Shown: positions 19,759-31,027 of the stretch, one piece after another | Layout: each line of letters starts with the position of its first letter | Numbering within the stretch: position 1 is the first letter of the stretch | From: TPA_inf: Saccharomyces | Taxonomy: Eukaryota | Length of the DNA: 64,000 bases | Reading direction: 5' to 3' | Assembly (NCBI GenBank): GCA_000146045.2 | Contig: BK006942.2 | Span: 32,001 to 96,000, forward strand | Notes under the pieces: model-generated | Database searches by the model: none | The model's input: only the letters and a program-made list of their open reading frames with translations | Told to the model about the DNA's origin: nothing | Made by a program: the position numbers and the translations under genes

Positions 19759-21708
19759 TTAGACACCAAACGTCTTGATGAAGTTCACAGTTTTTTCAAG
19801 TTCCCACTGCCTCTTTTTCTCCGACCAATTGAACTCATCACCCATAACTTTGACGGTGGCATGCACGGCATTCAAAGCTTCCTTGGCGTCCAAGAAGGCG
19901 AATCTTGTTCTTCTTAAAAGGAAGTCCAAGGGAGTTCTACAATATTCGTACTGCATGGAATACTTTAACTCACCGATTGTGAATGGATATCTGAAAGTAT
20001 CAAAATTGACCAAGTTGTTCTCCTCGCTAGAGTAGATTACGTTATTTTCCTTGTCGGCTAAGGACAAAGGCAGTTTATTTTCCATGGATTCTTTGAAAAA
20101 TTCGCAAATGATAGAGGAACGGGTTCCGTAGTTTTGAACCAAGTAGTTGGACATTTTTGATGATAAATGGTAGTTTTGAGCCAATAAAGCCACATAGTTT
20201 TGCGTCCATTCTTCTGCACCAGCAAGCTTAATATCTCTTGTGTGACAAGGTTTCAGGTTGTGGAATCCGCCAACTTCGACAACTTTGTCGACTGTTTCCT
20301 CAGCCATTTGTCTGTAAGTAGTCCATTTACCACCTGCAATAGTAATTAGGCCATTATCCGAAGTGAACAAGAAGTGGGATCTTACCACGCCCTGAGTGGC
20401 AGAGCCCTTCTTCCCGTCTGCGGGGATTGTACGTGGATCTCTGACCAAAGGTCTGACACCAGCCCATGCACTTAGCACGTCTTCTCTTTTCACGGGGAAT
20501 TCGATATAGTGCTGTAGTTCTTTCAAGATATCTTGAATATCAGCCTCTGTAGGCATAGGGTTTTCTGGGACTTGCTTTAGTGGGATGTCTGTGGTGCCGG
20601 CAAGGACTTTGCCCTGCCAAGGTAAAAAGAACATCACTCTGCCATCAGAGGTTCTGACGTCCAACAAACCCATATCCTTCGGGCAGTAAAAAGAGGGCAA
20701 TACGATGTGAACGCCAATAGATGGGATGACCATTTTCGGGTCCATGACGGCGATTTGATTGAAAGTCGACTTGATCTTGGAGTTGTCGTTTAGCGGGGAG
20801 TCCGGCAGACCGGATGGGTTGCGGTCCATTTGCAAAATGGCGTCACTGTATGGGCCCGTGGCATTGACCACACATTTAGCGTTGATTCTGACAAGCTCAT
20901 TAGTCTCAACGTCCCGGGCCTCGGCACCGATAACCTTACCAGAAGTTGGGTCTTTGATCAATTTTTGTACCTCGACATAGTTCAAGACGGTAGCGCCGTT
21001 CTCCACAGCCGTGATGGCTAAAGTGGCGTTCAAACGCGAGTCGTTAAAGGACCCATCATGGTACACAAGCGAGGCCTTTAAATTGTCTGTGGTAAGCATG
21101 GGAGCCTTCTCCACGGTGGCGGATTTGGACAGTAGGTATGATTTTTTCAAGTTTTGGGAACCGGCAAAGAAATCGTAGAATTTACAGCCCATATAGATGT
21201 ACGGGACCTGCCAGGTGCTGTAGATGGGGATCAGAATTGGTAGCACCGTGCACAGGTGAGGGGCAGTGTTGATAAGATGTTTACGCTCGTTGAGTGCCTC
21301 GATGACCAGATCCAGTTGTGCCTTGGAGAACTCCCAGAAGGCCTTCTCTAAGTACCGCACCCCACCGTGAATCATCTTGGTAGATTTGGACGACGTTCCC
21401 GAGGCAAAATCCCCCTTTTCAACAAGGGCCACATTGAGTCCCCTGGTCGCAGCATCTAGGGCACATCCTGTCCCCGTGGCCCCGCCACCGATGATCAACA
21501 CGTCGAATTGATGCGTCTTGGCCAGACGGTCCAGCAGGTCTCGTCTAGAGACCTGCGGTGGAGCGGCGGTGGGGAATTGCACCATGTAGCTCGGGTCATT
21601 GTGCACTAACGGCCTATCACCTTGGCTAGTCATCCAGTACAGCGTCCCCGTGGCTGTGGCCATGGCAGCAGCTGCACCGGCAGCTCTTCTTCTCGTTACC
21701 GAAAACAT
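19759..21708 (-). CDS. GUT2: Mitochondrial FAD-dependent glycerol-3-phosphate dehydrogenase, 649 aa
   Basis: Arg/Ala-rich presequence (MFSVTRRRAAGAAAAMATA), FAD-binding DVLIIGGGATGTGCALDAATRG (GxGxxG), G3P dehydrogenase family conservation throughout. Confidence 0.96.
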   Translation of the reverse strand: MFSVTRRRAAGAAAAMATATGTLYWMTSQGDRPLVHNDPSYMVQFPTAAPPQVSRRDLLDRLAKTHQFDVLIIGGGATGTGCALDAATRGLNVALVEKGDFASGTSSKSTKMIHGGVRYLEKAFWEFSKAQLDLVIEALNERKHLINTAPHLCTVLPILIPIYSTWQVPYIYMGCKFYDFFAGSQNLKKSYLLSKSATVEKAPMLTTDNLKASLVYHDGSFNDSRLNATLAITAVENGATVLNYVEVQKLIKDPTSGKVIGAEARDVETNELVRINAKCVVNATGPYSDAILQMDRNPSGLPDSPLNDNSKIKSTFNQIAVMDPKMVIPSIGVHIVLPSFYCPKDMGLLDVRTSDGRVMFFLPWQGKVLAGTTDIPLKQVPENPMPTEADIQDILKELQHYIEFPVKREDVLSAWAGVRPLVRDPRTIPADGKKGSATQGVVRSHFLFTSDNGLITIAGGKWTTYRQMAEETVDKVVEVGGFHNLKPCHTRDIKLAGAEEWTQNYVALLAQNYHLSSKMSNYLVQNYGTRSSIICEFFKESMENKLPLSLADKENNVIYSSEENNLVNFDTFRYPFTIGELKYSMQYEYCRTPLDFLLRRTRFAFLDAKEALNAVHATVKVMGDEFNWSEKKRQWELEKTVNFIKTFGV

Positions 21709-21843
21709 ATATTAGTACGTATTTAGTCTTGTAGCAGTGATGGCAATAGCACGGTCAAGATAAGGGAGGGAGAGTCCTTGCTTTAGACCAAAGTTCCCTA
21801 TTTGTGGCTGTTCTCTTTTAAGTTTAAATACGATTTTTAGCGT

Positions 21844-21849
21844 GCGGGG
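21844..21849 (+). promoter_or_regulatory. Candidate Mig1-type GC box (TTTTTAGCGTGCGGGG) in the GUT2 promoter, with a CCAAT (reverse, about 21976-21980) further upstream
   Basis: AT-rich + GCGGGG about 140 bp upstream of the GUT2 ATG. GUT2 is glucose-repressed and HAP-activated (established knowledge); these specific sites are inferred from sequence only. Confidence 0.3.
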
Positions 21850-21980
21850 TTGTGAAATTTCCCCTGCCAAAACTGAAATAAAGTTGGGTGGATAACGTAT
21901 CGGAGCAGAGAAAAGACATAAGGTCTGTTGCTGTATATAAGTATGTGTTGCTAAAAAGGAATTAGTGCAGTGATTATTGG

Positions 21981-23021
21981 TCACTCGCTGATGCCCTTGC
22001 GCTTGGCACGTTTCAGCTTCTTTCTAACCGCGAGGATGGGCACAGAGCAGACGAAGTTCTGCAGAGTGGACAGGATGACCGAGAGGGAGCAGCACAGGGC
22101 GACTGGCTTGAGGCCGTGGATCATCTCGTTGAGGAGGTGTTTTGGGTACGGATGGGTCAAGGAGAGGACGACGACGTCGAGGTCGTCGAGCACGCCCGCG
22201 ACGCAGTCAAACAGGTGCATGACGTGCTTTCTGATTCTGGCAACGTTGGCGAACATCTGGGAGTCGTCCGTGGGCTTCGAGGGCTCCCAGTGGACAATGT
22301 AGACGGTGTCTCCCTGGTTGACAGCTGCGCCCATGAGATAGGTCAGGGCGTAGGTGGACTCGCTGCTCAGGTCCGTGTAGAGGATGAAGGACCTTTGGTT
22401 CCCGGCCTCTGCGCCGGCACCCTTGGTGAGTAGTTGCATGGCTCTGACGTAGCCTCCGTCGAGTTGCTCCAGAGACACGTCTTCGTTTTCGTGGCCACGG
22501 ATGCTGATCTCGTACTTGGCTATCCAGGGCTTGCTGGAGTCTAGCACTTCGTTTATGCTGGTACAAAAGTTGGGTAACACTTTCATGCCCAGATCGTAGT
22601 GGAACTCCTCGTCAATCTCTAAATCGTTCTCTATATCGCTCACTTGCTCTTCATCGGACTCTTCCTCGTCCATATCGTCGCCGTCGCCGTCGTCGTCATC
22701 TTCGTCGTTGCCCTCACCTTCCTCTTCAGAATCCACATCCACGACCCTCAACCGCATCGAGGGGTCCTGCCTCAACACGGTCCACTTGAGGAACTCTTCC
22801 TCCCTTACTCTGCTGCGGCTACTGGCCCTGCTTCTCGACCGCGACAGACTGCTCACGTTTGAGTCTCGTTCGCCTCTTTTCTTCTTGCTACGACCTCTTT
22901 CCCTGTGGCCCCTTTCCATCTGCTCCGAGTCGAACTCCACCGTGGTGGGCGTTTCCGTTTTGATGCTGTGTAGATTCGATTGTGTTCCGTCAGGTTTAGT
23001 CAGCAATATGCTCTTCTGCAT
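21981..23021 (-). CDS. IMP2': Transcriptional co-activator IMP2', 346 aa
   Basis: Basic Ser/Arg-rich N-terminal region (RSKKKRGERDSNVSSLSRSRSRASSRSR), then a strongly acidic stretch (EEEGEGNDEDDDDGDGDDMDEEESDEE). Length and position match YIL154C. Confidence 0.85.
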   Translation of the reverse strand: MQKSILLTKPDGTQSNLHSIKTETPTTVEFDSEQMERGHRERGRSKKKRGERDSNVSSLSRSRSRASSRSRVREEEFLKWTVLRQDPSMRLRVVDVDSEEEGEGNDEDDDDGDGDDMDEEESDEEQVSDIENDLEIDEEFHYDLGMKVLPNFCTSINEVLDSSKPWIAKYEISIRGHENEDVSLEQLDGGYVRAMQLLTKGAGAEAGNQRSFILYTDLSSESTYALTYLMGAAVNQGDTVYIVHWEPSKPTDDSQMFANVARIRKHVMHLFDCVAGVLDDLDVVVLSLTHPYPKHLLNEMIHGLKPVALCCSLSVILSTLQNFVCSVPILAVRKKLKRAKRKGISE

Positions 23022-23197
23022 TGCGTACTTGGTTGTTTCTCTTGTTGGTTCTTTTGGTACTCACCCTTTCCATAGTCTCTTGTGTTTGATCAAGCCTTTT
23101 TTCCGGACCTTTAAAGCTTTCTTAAAAAGATAAAATAGGAAGAAAGTGCAAAGTGCAAAAGAACGCACATATGAACAAGCATTAAACGAGCAAAGAA

Positions 23198-24379
23198 ATG
23201 TCTCTGGATCGTGTAGATTGGCCGCACGCCACCTTCTCTACGCCGGTGAAGCGTATCTTCGATACGCAGACAACGCTGGACTTCCAATCGTCACTAGCCA
23301 TTCACAGAATCAAGTATCATCTTCACAAGTACACTACGTTGATATCGCACTGTTCTGACCCCGACCCGCACGCTACTGCGTCGTCGATCGCCATGGTTAA
23401 CGGGCTGATGGGAGTGTTGGACAAGCTGGCACACCTGATCGACGAGACACCGCCTCTTCCAGGTCCTAGAAGGTATGGTAACCTAGCATGCCGCGAGTGG
23501 CATCACAAGCTGGATGAACGTTTGCCTCAGTGGCTGCAGGAAATGCTTCCCTCGGAATACCATGAGGTGGTGCCTGAATTGCAGTATTACCTGGGCAACA
23601 GCTTTGGTTCGTCGACAAGATTGGACTACGGCACGGGCCACGAACTTTCGTTCATGGCCACGGTCGCAGCACTGGACATGCTGGGGATGTTTCCGCACAT
23701 GAGGGGGGCAGACGTTTTTCTGCTGTTCAACAAGTACTACACGATCATGAGGAGGCTGATCCTGACGTATACGCTGGAGCCCGCTGGGTCACATGGCGTG
23801 TGGGGGCTTGATGACCATTTCCACTTGGTGTACATCTTGGGCTCGTCTCAATGGCAGCTGCTTGATGCGCAAGCACCCTTGCAACCAAGAGAAATACTGG
23901 ATAAGTCTCTGGTGCGCGAGTATAAGGACACCAACTTCTACTGCCAAGGCATAAACTTTATTAATGAGGTGAAAATGGGGCCCTTTGAAGAGCATTCCCC
24001 CATCCTATACGATATTGCCGTCACCGTTCCACGCTGGTCCAAAGTGTGTAAGGGGCTTCTAAAAATGTATTCTGTAGAGGTTCTGAAGAAGTTCCCCGTG
24101 GTGCAACATTTCTGGTTCGGCACAGGCTTCTTTCCCTGGGTCAACATTCAAAACGGCACTGATCTTCCAGTCTTTGAAGAAAAGGAGGAAGAGAGTATAG
24201 AACAGGCTAACGCAGGATCGCCCGGTCGAGAACAGACTTCAACACGATTCCCAACGTCCACGTCAATGCCTCCCCCAGGCGTTCCGCCGTCAGGTAACAA
24301 TATCAACTATTTACTAAGCCATCAAAACCAGTCGCACCGGAACCAGACTTCTTTTTCAAGAGATAGACTACGTAGATAA
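23198..24379 (+). CDS. RRD1: PTPA-type peptidyl-prolyl isomerase / PP2A phosphatase activator, 393 aa
   Basis: PTPA family conservation (GNSFGSSTRLDYGTGHELSFMA, HGVWGLDDHFHL). Divergent from IMP2' with a 177-bp shared promoter. Confidence 0.93.
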   Translation: MSLDRVDWPHATFSTPVKRIFDTQTTLDFQSSLAIHRIKYHLHKYTTLISHCSDPDPHATASSIAMVNGLMGVLDKLAHLIDETPPLPGPRRYGNLACREWHHKLDERLPQWLQEMLPSEYHEVVPELQYYLGNSFGSSTRLDYGTGHELSFMATVAALDMLGMFPHMRGADVFLLFNKYYTIMRRLILTYTLEPAGSHGVWGLDDHFHLVYILGSSQWQLLDAQAPLQPREILDKSLVREYKDTNFYCQGINFINEVKMGPFEEHSPILYDIAVTVPRWSKVCKGLLKMYSVEVLKKFPVVQHFWFGTGFFPWVNIQNGTDLPVFEEKEEESIEQANAGSPGREQTSTRFPTSTSMPPPGVPPSGNNINYLLSHQNQSHRNQTSFSRDRLRR

Positions 24380-24544
24380 TATTAATTAAACATATAAATG
24401 TGTATGACAAGCATTATGACTTCTATTTTCGTTCTTTTTTACTTGCGTCTACAATATATAAGCATATAATCAGATGAAAAAAGGAAAAGGAAGCGGTAAT
24501 ACAAATAAACAAAGAAGTGGAAAAAGTCGCCACAGTGTAAGCAA

Positions 24545-25252
24545 ATGAGTCACAAGAGAAGGGGCCTGGTAATATATCAGGATCAGAAGCAGCAACAACA
24601 ACACCCCCCGGGGCAGTCCCTAAGCTCTATATCCTGGTCTCCAACCAGGCGACCTCATCACCCTTTAAAACAACAAAGCACCAACAGTTTCTCAGAAATA
24701 CTATCGAAATCAAGTGTGCAACCGAACGTGCAACATGACGGTAATCATATGCCCATTTCATTGCTAGTTCTGAAACAAGAACATCATAAGCAGCAGCAGC
24801 AGCAGCAGCAGCGCCAGAATATCCGATCACAAAACTCTACGCCTCCCCTGCGACAGTTGGTTCAGGAGTCGCAGTGGACGAGCTCCGCAAGTAATAGTTC
24901 TCTAAAGAAACAGGAAAAGCAGCCGCAAACATTCTACAACACTGACTCTAAACTTGTTTCTCAACTGCATAGCTCCGTGAAGGACCTGGATGCCATAATC
25001 CAGACGCATAAACCAAAGTTTGACACAATTATTCGCGATTTCTCTCAAGCAACCATACTGTCCTCAAACGAGTTACTCATCAAACTTCCGAAGGACCAAA
25101 CAATAATATTGCATAGCAGAGCGCCAAAAATTAACGCAGAATGGCTACAGAACAAGGTTAATGACCCTAGTGCCTCGTTAGTGATCGATTCAAGATCTTT
25201 TCTAACCTTGTGTAACAATATAAAATGGTACCTGCATTGGAAATTTATATGA
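24545..25252 (+). CDS. YIL152W, 235-aa protein of unknown function with poly-Q tracts
   Basis: ATG ORF; Gln runs (QKQQQQHPP, QQQQQQQRQ) encoded by CAG/CAA repeats at about 24590-24820; no known domain recognised. Confidence 0.7.
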   Translation: MSHKRRGLVIYQDQKQQQQHPPGQSLSSISWSPTRRPHHPLKQQSTNSFSEILSKSSVQPNVQHDGNHMPISLLVLKQEHHKQQQQQQQRQNIRSQNSTPPLRQLVQESQWTSSASNSSLKKQEKQPQTFYNTDSKLVSQLHSSVKDLDAIIQTHKPKFDTIIRDFSQATILSSNELLIKLPKDQTIILHSRAPKINAEWLQNKVNDPSASLVIDSRSFLTLCNNIKWYLHWKFI

Positions 25253-25337
25253 AAAGTAATTGTAGAATGGAGTGTTCAAAAAAAAAAAAAAAATGCACAG
25301 AAATATATATGTGATCATATATATGTATATATACATA

Positions 25338-28300
25338 TTAGTTGGTACATAATCCACTATTAATACCAAGCTTGCTACCTAACGAAAATAAATACTTTGT
25401 ATTGCACGTTTTTATCATTCTGTCCTTCGCTTTTTGGTTCATATTATCATCATCCGTTACCAGCACTGCAAACTCCTTGCCTTTGTTCTTGTTTTCATCA
25501 GTCAATCTTTCAGCTTGAAACCTTTGGTTCAGTTTGGCGATAGCATCAATAACAAATTCATCGACGTGCGTCTTCCAAGTAATTTGCTCTTCGAACTCCA
25601 GATTTTCTTCAACATGTGTTGCAATATTCCCCGTGAATCTCATAGGAATAATTTTCTTTTCATCGTACAACTGGCGAATAGTAATTACCGACCTTGTTGC
25701 TGCTTCGACGACAGTATCGTCTTTCGATCCTCTTAGATAACGTAGTTCTTGAAATGTGGTCAGACAAATCGCAAATTTAAGAGTATTGTTTTTGGCTAGT
25801 TTGAAAATATGTGCAAAGTGTCTTAACCATGAGGTAGCATCGATGACAAAATAAAGCGTACAATTGTAGTTTTCGTCACTGCCTTTAGATGCGGCGGCAA
25901 TTTTATCGAAGAATATTTTCTCCCAATGCAGGCTCAAGTTGTTGTTGGCAACATCGTATATAGATTCGCCGCTTACATCCAGTGTTACACCATTACCAAC
26001 ATTGGACCATTGGCTGTAGATAAATGCACTGTTGAACCCGCCGTTTTTATCAAAACAATGATAATCTGGTGCCAATCTCGTATAACCAGTATATTCGAAA
26101 ATACTTTCACCAGAAACGACGCTCAAATTCGGTGTGGCTTGTGGGTCCATGTTAACAGCCTCGATTTCTTCATTTATTTCAATTGTGTCATATAGATCAT
26201 CTAATTCGTTGTTGTCGTTATAATTATCTTCGTCATATGCATCTAGCTTAAAGGTCAAATTCTTTAGGAAATAATCTGGAGGTATGTCATTTCGACGACA
26301 AAACACAGAAGCTTGAAAGCTTACTTTCAACCCCAAATCGGGAAATTTCTTGGCAATACCTTTCAAAAGTAAAACTGCTCTCACACTGCGCATCCAGAAT
26401 TTTTCACCAACTTCATCTTTTTCATCAAAGACTATACCATCAAGGGGAGAATCGAAAAAAAGATGGTCTTGAACGCCAGGAATTTCCATTACATCGCACT
26501 TCTTGATAGCGTCAAACCACAATGTTCCCCAACATTTCCAAATCTCCGGAAGATTTTCATTTTCGTTATAATATTCGATCAAATCATCCAGTTCCAATGA
26601 ATAAAACTTTTCCAATTCTTTTTTCAAAAAAGGGTGTAAATTATCCAGCATGTAACAAACTAATACATTACCTAAGGTCACTATTGAATTCCAAGGCATT
26701 GTCCTTCTTAAAAAATGTATCCAGAATGCTACTACTTGCTTTGAATTTACCATTTCTAATTTTTTCAAAATAGCAACTATAAAATGTAACCACGTCAAAA
26801 AGTGCGGTAAGGCAACCACTAATGGTGCATGAAGAAATTTTGTTAATACATGTATACTGCATTGTATTGACGTCATGTTGATATGATTCAAAGAATCCAG
26901 CCAAATATTGAGATTGGTTGGGATATCATTGAAACTTGAATTTAAAGCATCGATATTCTGGAAGTAGCTTTCTGAACTTATTTGAACATCGAATGGATCT
27001 GTATAGGAAGATGTTTCTGTTGCTTCGGATCTCTTTTTTTCTCTTTTATCCTTCTTTAATTTCAAATACTTAGGCAACTGAAACAATAATGCAAATGGGT
27101 TTTTAGGATTGCCAAATCCGATTAGCTGTAAAAGCTGAGATTCAGCAAATGCAGGGGCATGCCTAAAATAATAACGCAATGATTCTGGATTTTGGCAAAA
27201 CATGTCTTTTGTATCGAAAACGTCATTTCCGTTAAAATCTTTACCAAACTTGTCTTTGAAGTACATAAGCACAACATGCTGTAAATCCATATTCTCCAGG
27301 AAACTAGGTAATAGCATTACTTCAGTATGCTTTAAATAATCAATTAATTGAGAATTTCTATGGGCAATTTCATTATTGTTCGCACTACCAGAACTTCTAT
27401 CTATGAATGCAGATTGATAGATATTTTCAATCAATAACTGTAACGTTTGCTGAGACGGAGTGAAGGGATCCTGACAAAAAACACTTTTTCCCAAGTTTAC
27501 GAACGCTTCTAAACTGTTCTGTTGAACTGTGGCAATATGATAATATAGTTTTCCGCACCCATATATGTATTTCATTGATTCGGTATACCAATATTCGGCG
27601 CTTAGCCTCCAATCTATGAATCCTGATGGGTACAGCGATATTGCCATTCTAGACAAATCACCCAATCTTTGTCTCCACAAAATAGAATATTTCAACGGTA
27701 TATCCTCAAGCATATTTGAGACAGAGATGAAAGCGTATATAATAAACTGACAACATACCTCTGGGTCCATAAAGTTCGAAAAGTTCTTTAGTACATCCAA
27801 GAAGGTTATTATACCATAAACCCACAATCTTTTTTCTATTCTGTAAATATCCAAAATTTCTTGGCCCATAATCAAGTCGTTTATAGGTTGTGTAGTTAAT
27901 AATGCAGTGATGATGAAATTGATGTAATTTTTGATCAGTTCTGTGTTCAGTCTGTATATTGCCCACAAACTTTTTAGTTCTGTGGTTTGAGAGGTGGTTA
28001 AATAAAGGCATCTTTGTTGTAACTCGGTTTCCTGCACCACTATGATTTTATAAATTTCCTGCAGTTTTTTAATAAACGTCTGATTTGGCTGCGCCGAAGG
28101 AAGTTGCCTTATCATCGGCGGGGGTGAAGCAGCAACTACAGGAGCTCTTCTAATATCGGATAAAGTTACTTGGCTTTGGGGTTGCGAATTGCTATAAATA
28201 CCATTTGAAGCGACTAATGGCTCGTCAGCTCTCATTTGTGGATTTGCGTTATCTTCATAAGTGTCTCTAGAAACAACCTTCATATTTCGAGCAAGCATAG

Positions 28301-28694
28301 TTCTATTCACATAATATGGAGATTTAGGAACATCCATTGTTGGAATAGAACTGGTCTTAACTTGTGGTGTCGATTCCATAACTTTGCGAGAGATGCTCGG
28401 TCTTCTAGATGCATCATCAGTTTTGGAGGGTGTGTTTTGTGCAGAGATCTGGCTATTAGTTATTCCATCTATAAATCCTTTCCCTACGGGATCTACAATT
28501 CCAGGCACCCTTCTTTTAGCGAACGACGACTCTGGTGTATCATTGTGCGACGAAGAACTATGTCGCTTTTGATGAAGAAATGCGGCGGAGGTCGGGCGCA
28601 TATCGCTCACAATATGAGTGTGGTTGTTGTTGGATCTAGAATAATCAGTTTCATTACTAGGGTCATCATTCGCCGGCACCATTAGGTCAACCAT
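25338..28694 (-). CDS. ESL1: Est1/SMG5-7-like protein with a C-terminal PIN-like domain, 1118 aa (YIL151C)
   Basis: Length and position match YIL151C. Central Est1/TPR-like region and C-terminal PIN-type region; N-terminal low-complexity Ser/Pro segment. Confidence 0.85.
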
Positions 28695-29012
28695 ATTATG
28701 CGATATCCGTGGTCTTGTTGTTATGTATTGAACCTAAAAATAACGTTAGATGCTGCCAAAGATCGGCCAAAAACGACTGTAAAGTGAAGTAAAGAGTACA
28801 GAATGAAGGATGCGCCCAAGAGGGAGATGTTTTCGGAGCGTTTTGTGTCTCACAAGATGTTCTCTTCTGTTCTTTCTCACTTTAAGGATTGATTCCCTAT
28901 ATTGCAACCAAAATCACTCAATTTTTCATCATAATTTTTCAATCATTACCCGCGCCATTGTCCATCAAAAGTAATACCATTTTGGGGCCCTGAAAAGCAC
29001 ACCAATACTTAT

Positions 29013-30728
29013 TTATATTATCTCAAGATCGCTGGCACTACCGTCAGAAGTTTCTTTAGTTTCCTTGGATCCGAAATGTTTTTGCCAAACTTCTTCGCGA
29101 TGGCTTCTTTTCTTGAACCATTCGTTCTTTGAAGGTGCGAGAATGACTTTTTCCTTCTTGTAATGCAAGAGATCGTTTATAACAGTTTTTTTTTTACCGA
29201 GTAAGTTGTTCTTAGGTTCGCTCCCTGATACAGAAGACTTGAGTACTTGGGAAATTTTTCCATGAGTGGGATCGAATCCTAGGCGTTGGATAAGCCCTGT
29301 CTGGAGGGCACTTTCTGTGGTTCGTTTCATTTTCTGTCGCTCTCCGACGCTCTTATCTTCTAATCCGCTGGATTCCCTCCTTCTCATAATTTTGCCTAGT
29401 TCGCGGCTCAGTGCTGTCGATTTCTTAGTTTCTATTATTTTCCTTCTTTTATTGTCTAAGTTTGCCAGCATATCTGGATTCTGAAATTTCTCGTCGAAAA
29501 ATGCTTTGGCAGAATTACTATTCGTAAAATTGTGAGAGCTCTTTTTAAGTCTTTCCTCCTCTTCTGACAGGCGCTTACGAGTACCTTTGATTATATTAAA
29601 CCCGTTTTCCCCTTTGGCCTTATATAGGCTTGGTTGAGAGTCCACTTTCGTAGGCGCGCCCAAGGCGTACCCACCATTTAATTCAATTCTTTTAGCACTT
29701 GTTCCACGAAATTGCACTTCTCTATGGTAATCGCAACACTTATGAAGAGATATGTTAATGGGAGAGCCACATTTTTTGTGAGTCTTTTTATTCACTATGG
29801 GACACCAACCTAAATCTCTACTTGAACCTATCTCCAGGATACATTTGAAGTCATGACTAATTCGAAGGTTGAAGGATTTGATAAAATTTCCTCGCCCTGA
29901 GGGTCTCCATGGTAGTACTTCTGGGTTTAATATTGCTATCACATCACCCAGGCGAAGATTATAATATCTTTCTACACCCTTTTTCCCGAAGATATAAACA
30001 TCTAGTGTATGCTGAAAGTCCGTTATGGTGAACATGAAGAATTTGACTGGCTTTTCAGATGATGTAAATTTGATGTCCGATTTGTGGCTAATGAGGCCTA
30101 CGGTGGCCCAGTTGGCGTATTCAGGCTCTTGAAATTTAGGTGGGCGAATTTTAGCAAAAAGTTTGCCCAACCGAAGGATTTTGATCTCATGCAAAGCCCG
30201 TTTTAAGTCATCTTCAGGTATGTACCTCTTTTTAACCCAAAGATTTGAAAAGCTTTCTAATTCGTTTGTGATTATCGGCACATATTTCTTCTCATCGGTA
30301 CTGAACGTATGTACTCTTGCATTCATCATGCTTTCAAACTTGGCAATTTGTTTATCTTCGTTCTTCTTTGCGTTTTGAAATTTCTCCATAAAGTATGTGG
30401 TTGTACTAGCTGGTGGTTTTGGTTGCTGCTGTAATTGAGATAACCTTACTTCATTAATATTCGAACCTTCGAATTTTGTGCCTTGTTGTGTAGCATTATG
30501 AGACCCCACTTTCACACGGTTTTTGGTAGGAGATTGAGGTACCTCGATGGCTTCAAAATTAGGATCCTGGGGTTTCTTAAATTCTTGCTTTCTTTTTAAT
30601 CGTTCCACTAAGGCCTGCCTCTTTCGTTCCATAAATTCAAGTTCTCTCGCGATGGCTTGCTCATCCTCTTCATCAGAAGTAATATTATTGTACGGATCAA
30701 CCGCTAAAATTTCACGAGGATCATTCAT
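29013..30728 (-). CDS. MCM10: DNA replication initiation factor Mcm10, 571 aa
   Basis: True ATG at 30726-30728 (MNDPREILAVDPYNN...); the track starts 5 codons earlier at a TTG. Mcm10 OB-fold/zinc-finger region with CHC.C spacing (CGSP...HKCCDYH...). Confidence 0.93.
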   Translation of the reverse strand: MNDPREILAVDPYNNITSDEEDEQAIARELEFMERKRQALVERLKRKQEFKKPQDPNFEAIEVPQSPTKNRVKVGSHNATQQGTKFEGSNINEVRLSQLQQQPKPPASTTTYFMEKFQNAKKNEDKQIAKFESMMNARVHTFSTDEKKYVPIITNELESFSNLWVKKRYIPEDDLKRALHEIKILRLGKLFAKIRPPKFQEPEYANWATVGLISHKSDIKFTSSEKPVKFFMFTITDFQHTLDVYIFGKKGVERYYNLRLGDVIAILNPEVLPWRPSGRGNFIKSFNLRISHDFKCILEIGSSRDLGWCPIVNKKTHKKCGSPINISLHKCCDYHREVQFRGTSAKRIELNGGYALGAPTKVDSQPSLYKAKGENGFNIIKGTRKRLSEEEERLKKSSHNFTNSNSAKAFFDEKFQNPDMLANLDNKRRKIIETKKSTALSRELGKIMRRRESSGLEDKSVGERQKMKRTTESALQTGLIQRLGFDPTHGKISQVLKSSVSGSEPKNNLLGKKKTVINDLLHYKKEKVILAPSKNEWFKKRSHREEVWQKHFGSKETKETSDGSASDLEII

Positions 30729-31027
30729 TTCTCCACGAACCAAGTGCTTAATGTGCGTTGAAAATGTGAGGTTGAATTGACAAACTTACGTTCCTTTATC
30801 TTCGATGGCCTATAAAGTTGATATTTCTTAGTGGTGTTAGAAAAGGTGGGTTTGCGCATCCAAGAAACCCGCGTGAAAAAAAATGGCAAATAAACCCAAA
30901 ATTTGTTCATACTTAACTACTAGTACGGATGTGTCATAAATCACTTTATGTCCTCTGTAATGACATTAGTGACATTTAAAATATGTAGATGTTTCATATT
31001 TATATAATTACATTGTTTAATATTACA

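Noticed and set aside
21861-21866. Second, inverted GC box (CCCCTG) in the GUT2 promoter as a Mig1 site
   Set aside because: Its reverse complement CAGGGG has A at the Y position of SYGGGG, and its AT-rich flank is on the wrong side, so it is a poor Mig1 match.
22116-23133. Several overlapping ORFs (22116-22433 +, 22207-22566 -, 22644-22862 +, 22708-23133 +) around IMP2'
   Set aside because: They overlap IMP2' in other frames or strands. They arise from the GC-rich, repeat-like Asp/Glu/Ser/Arg codon runs of IMP2' (GAC/GAG/TCG repeats), which suppress stops in several frames.
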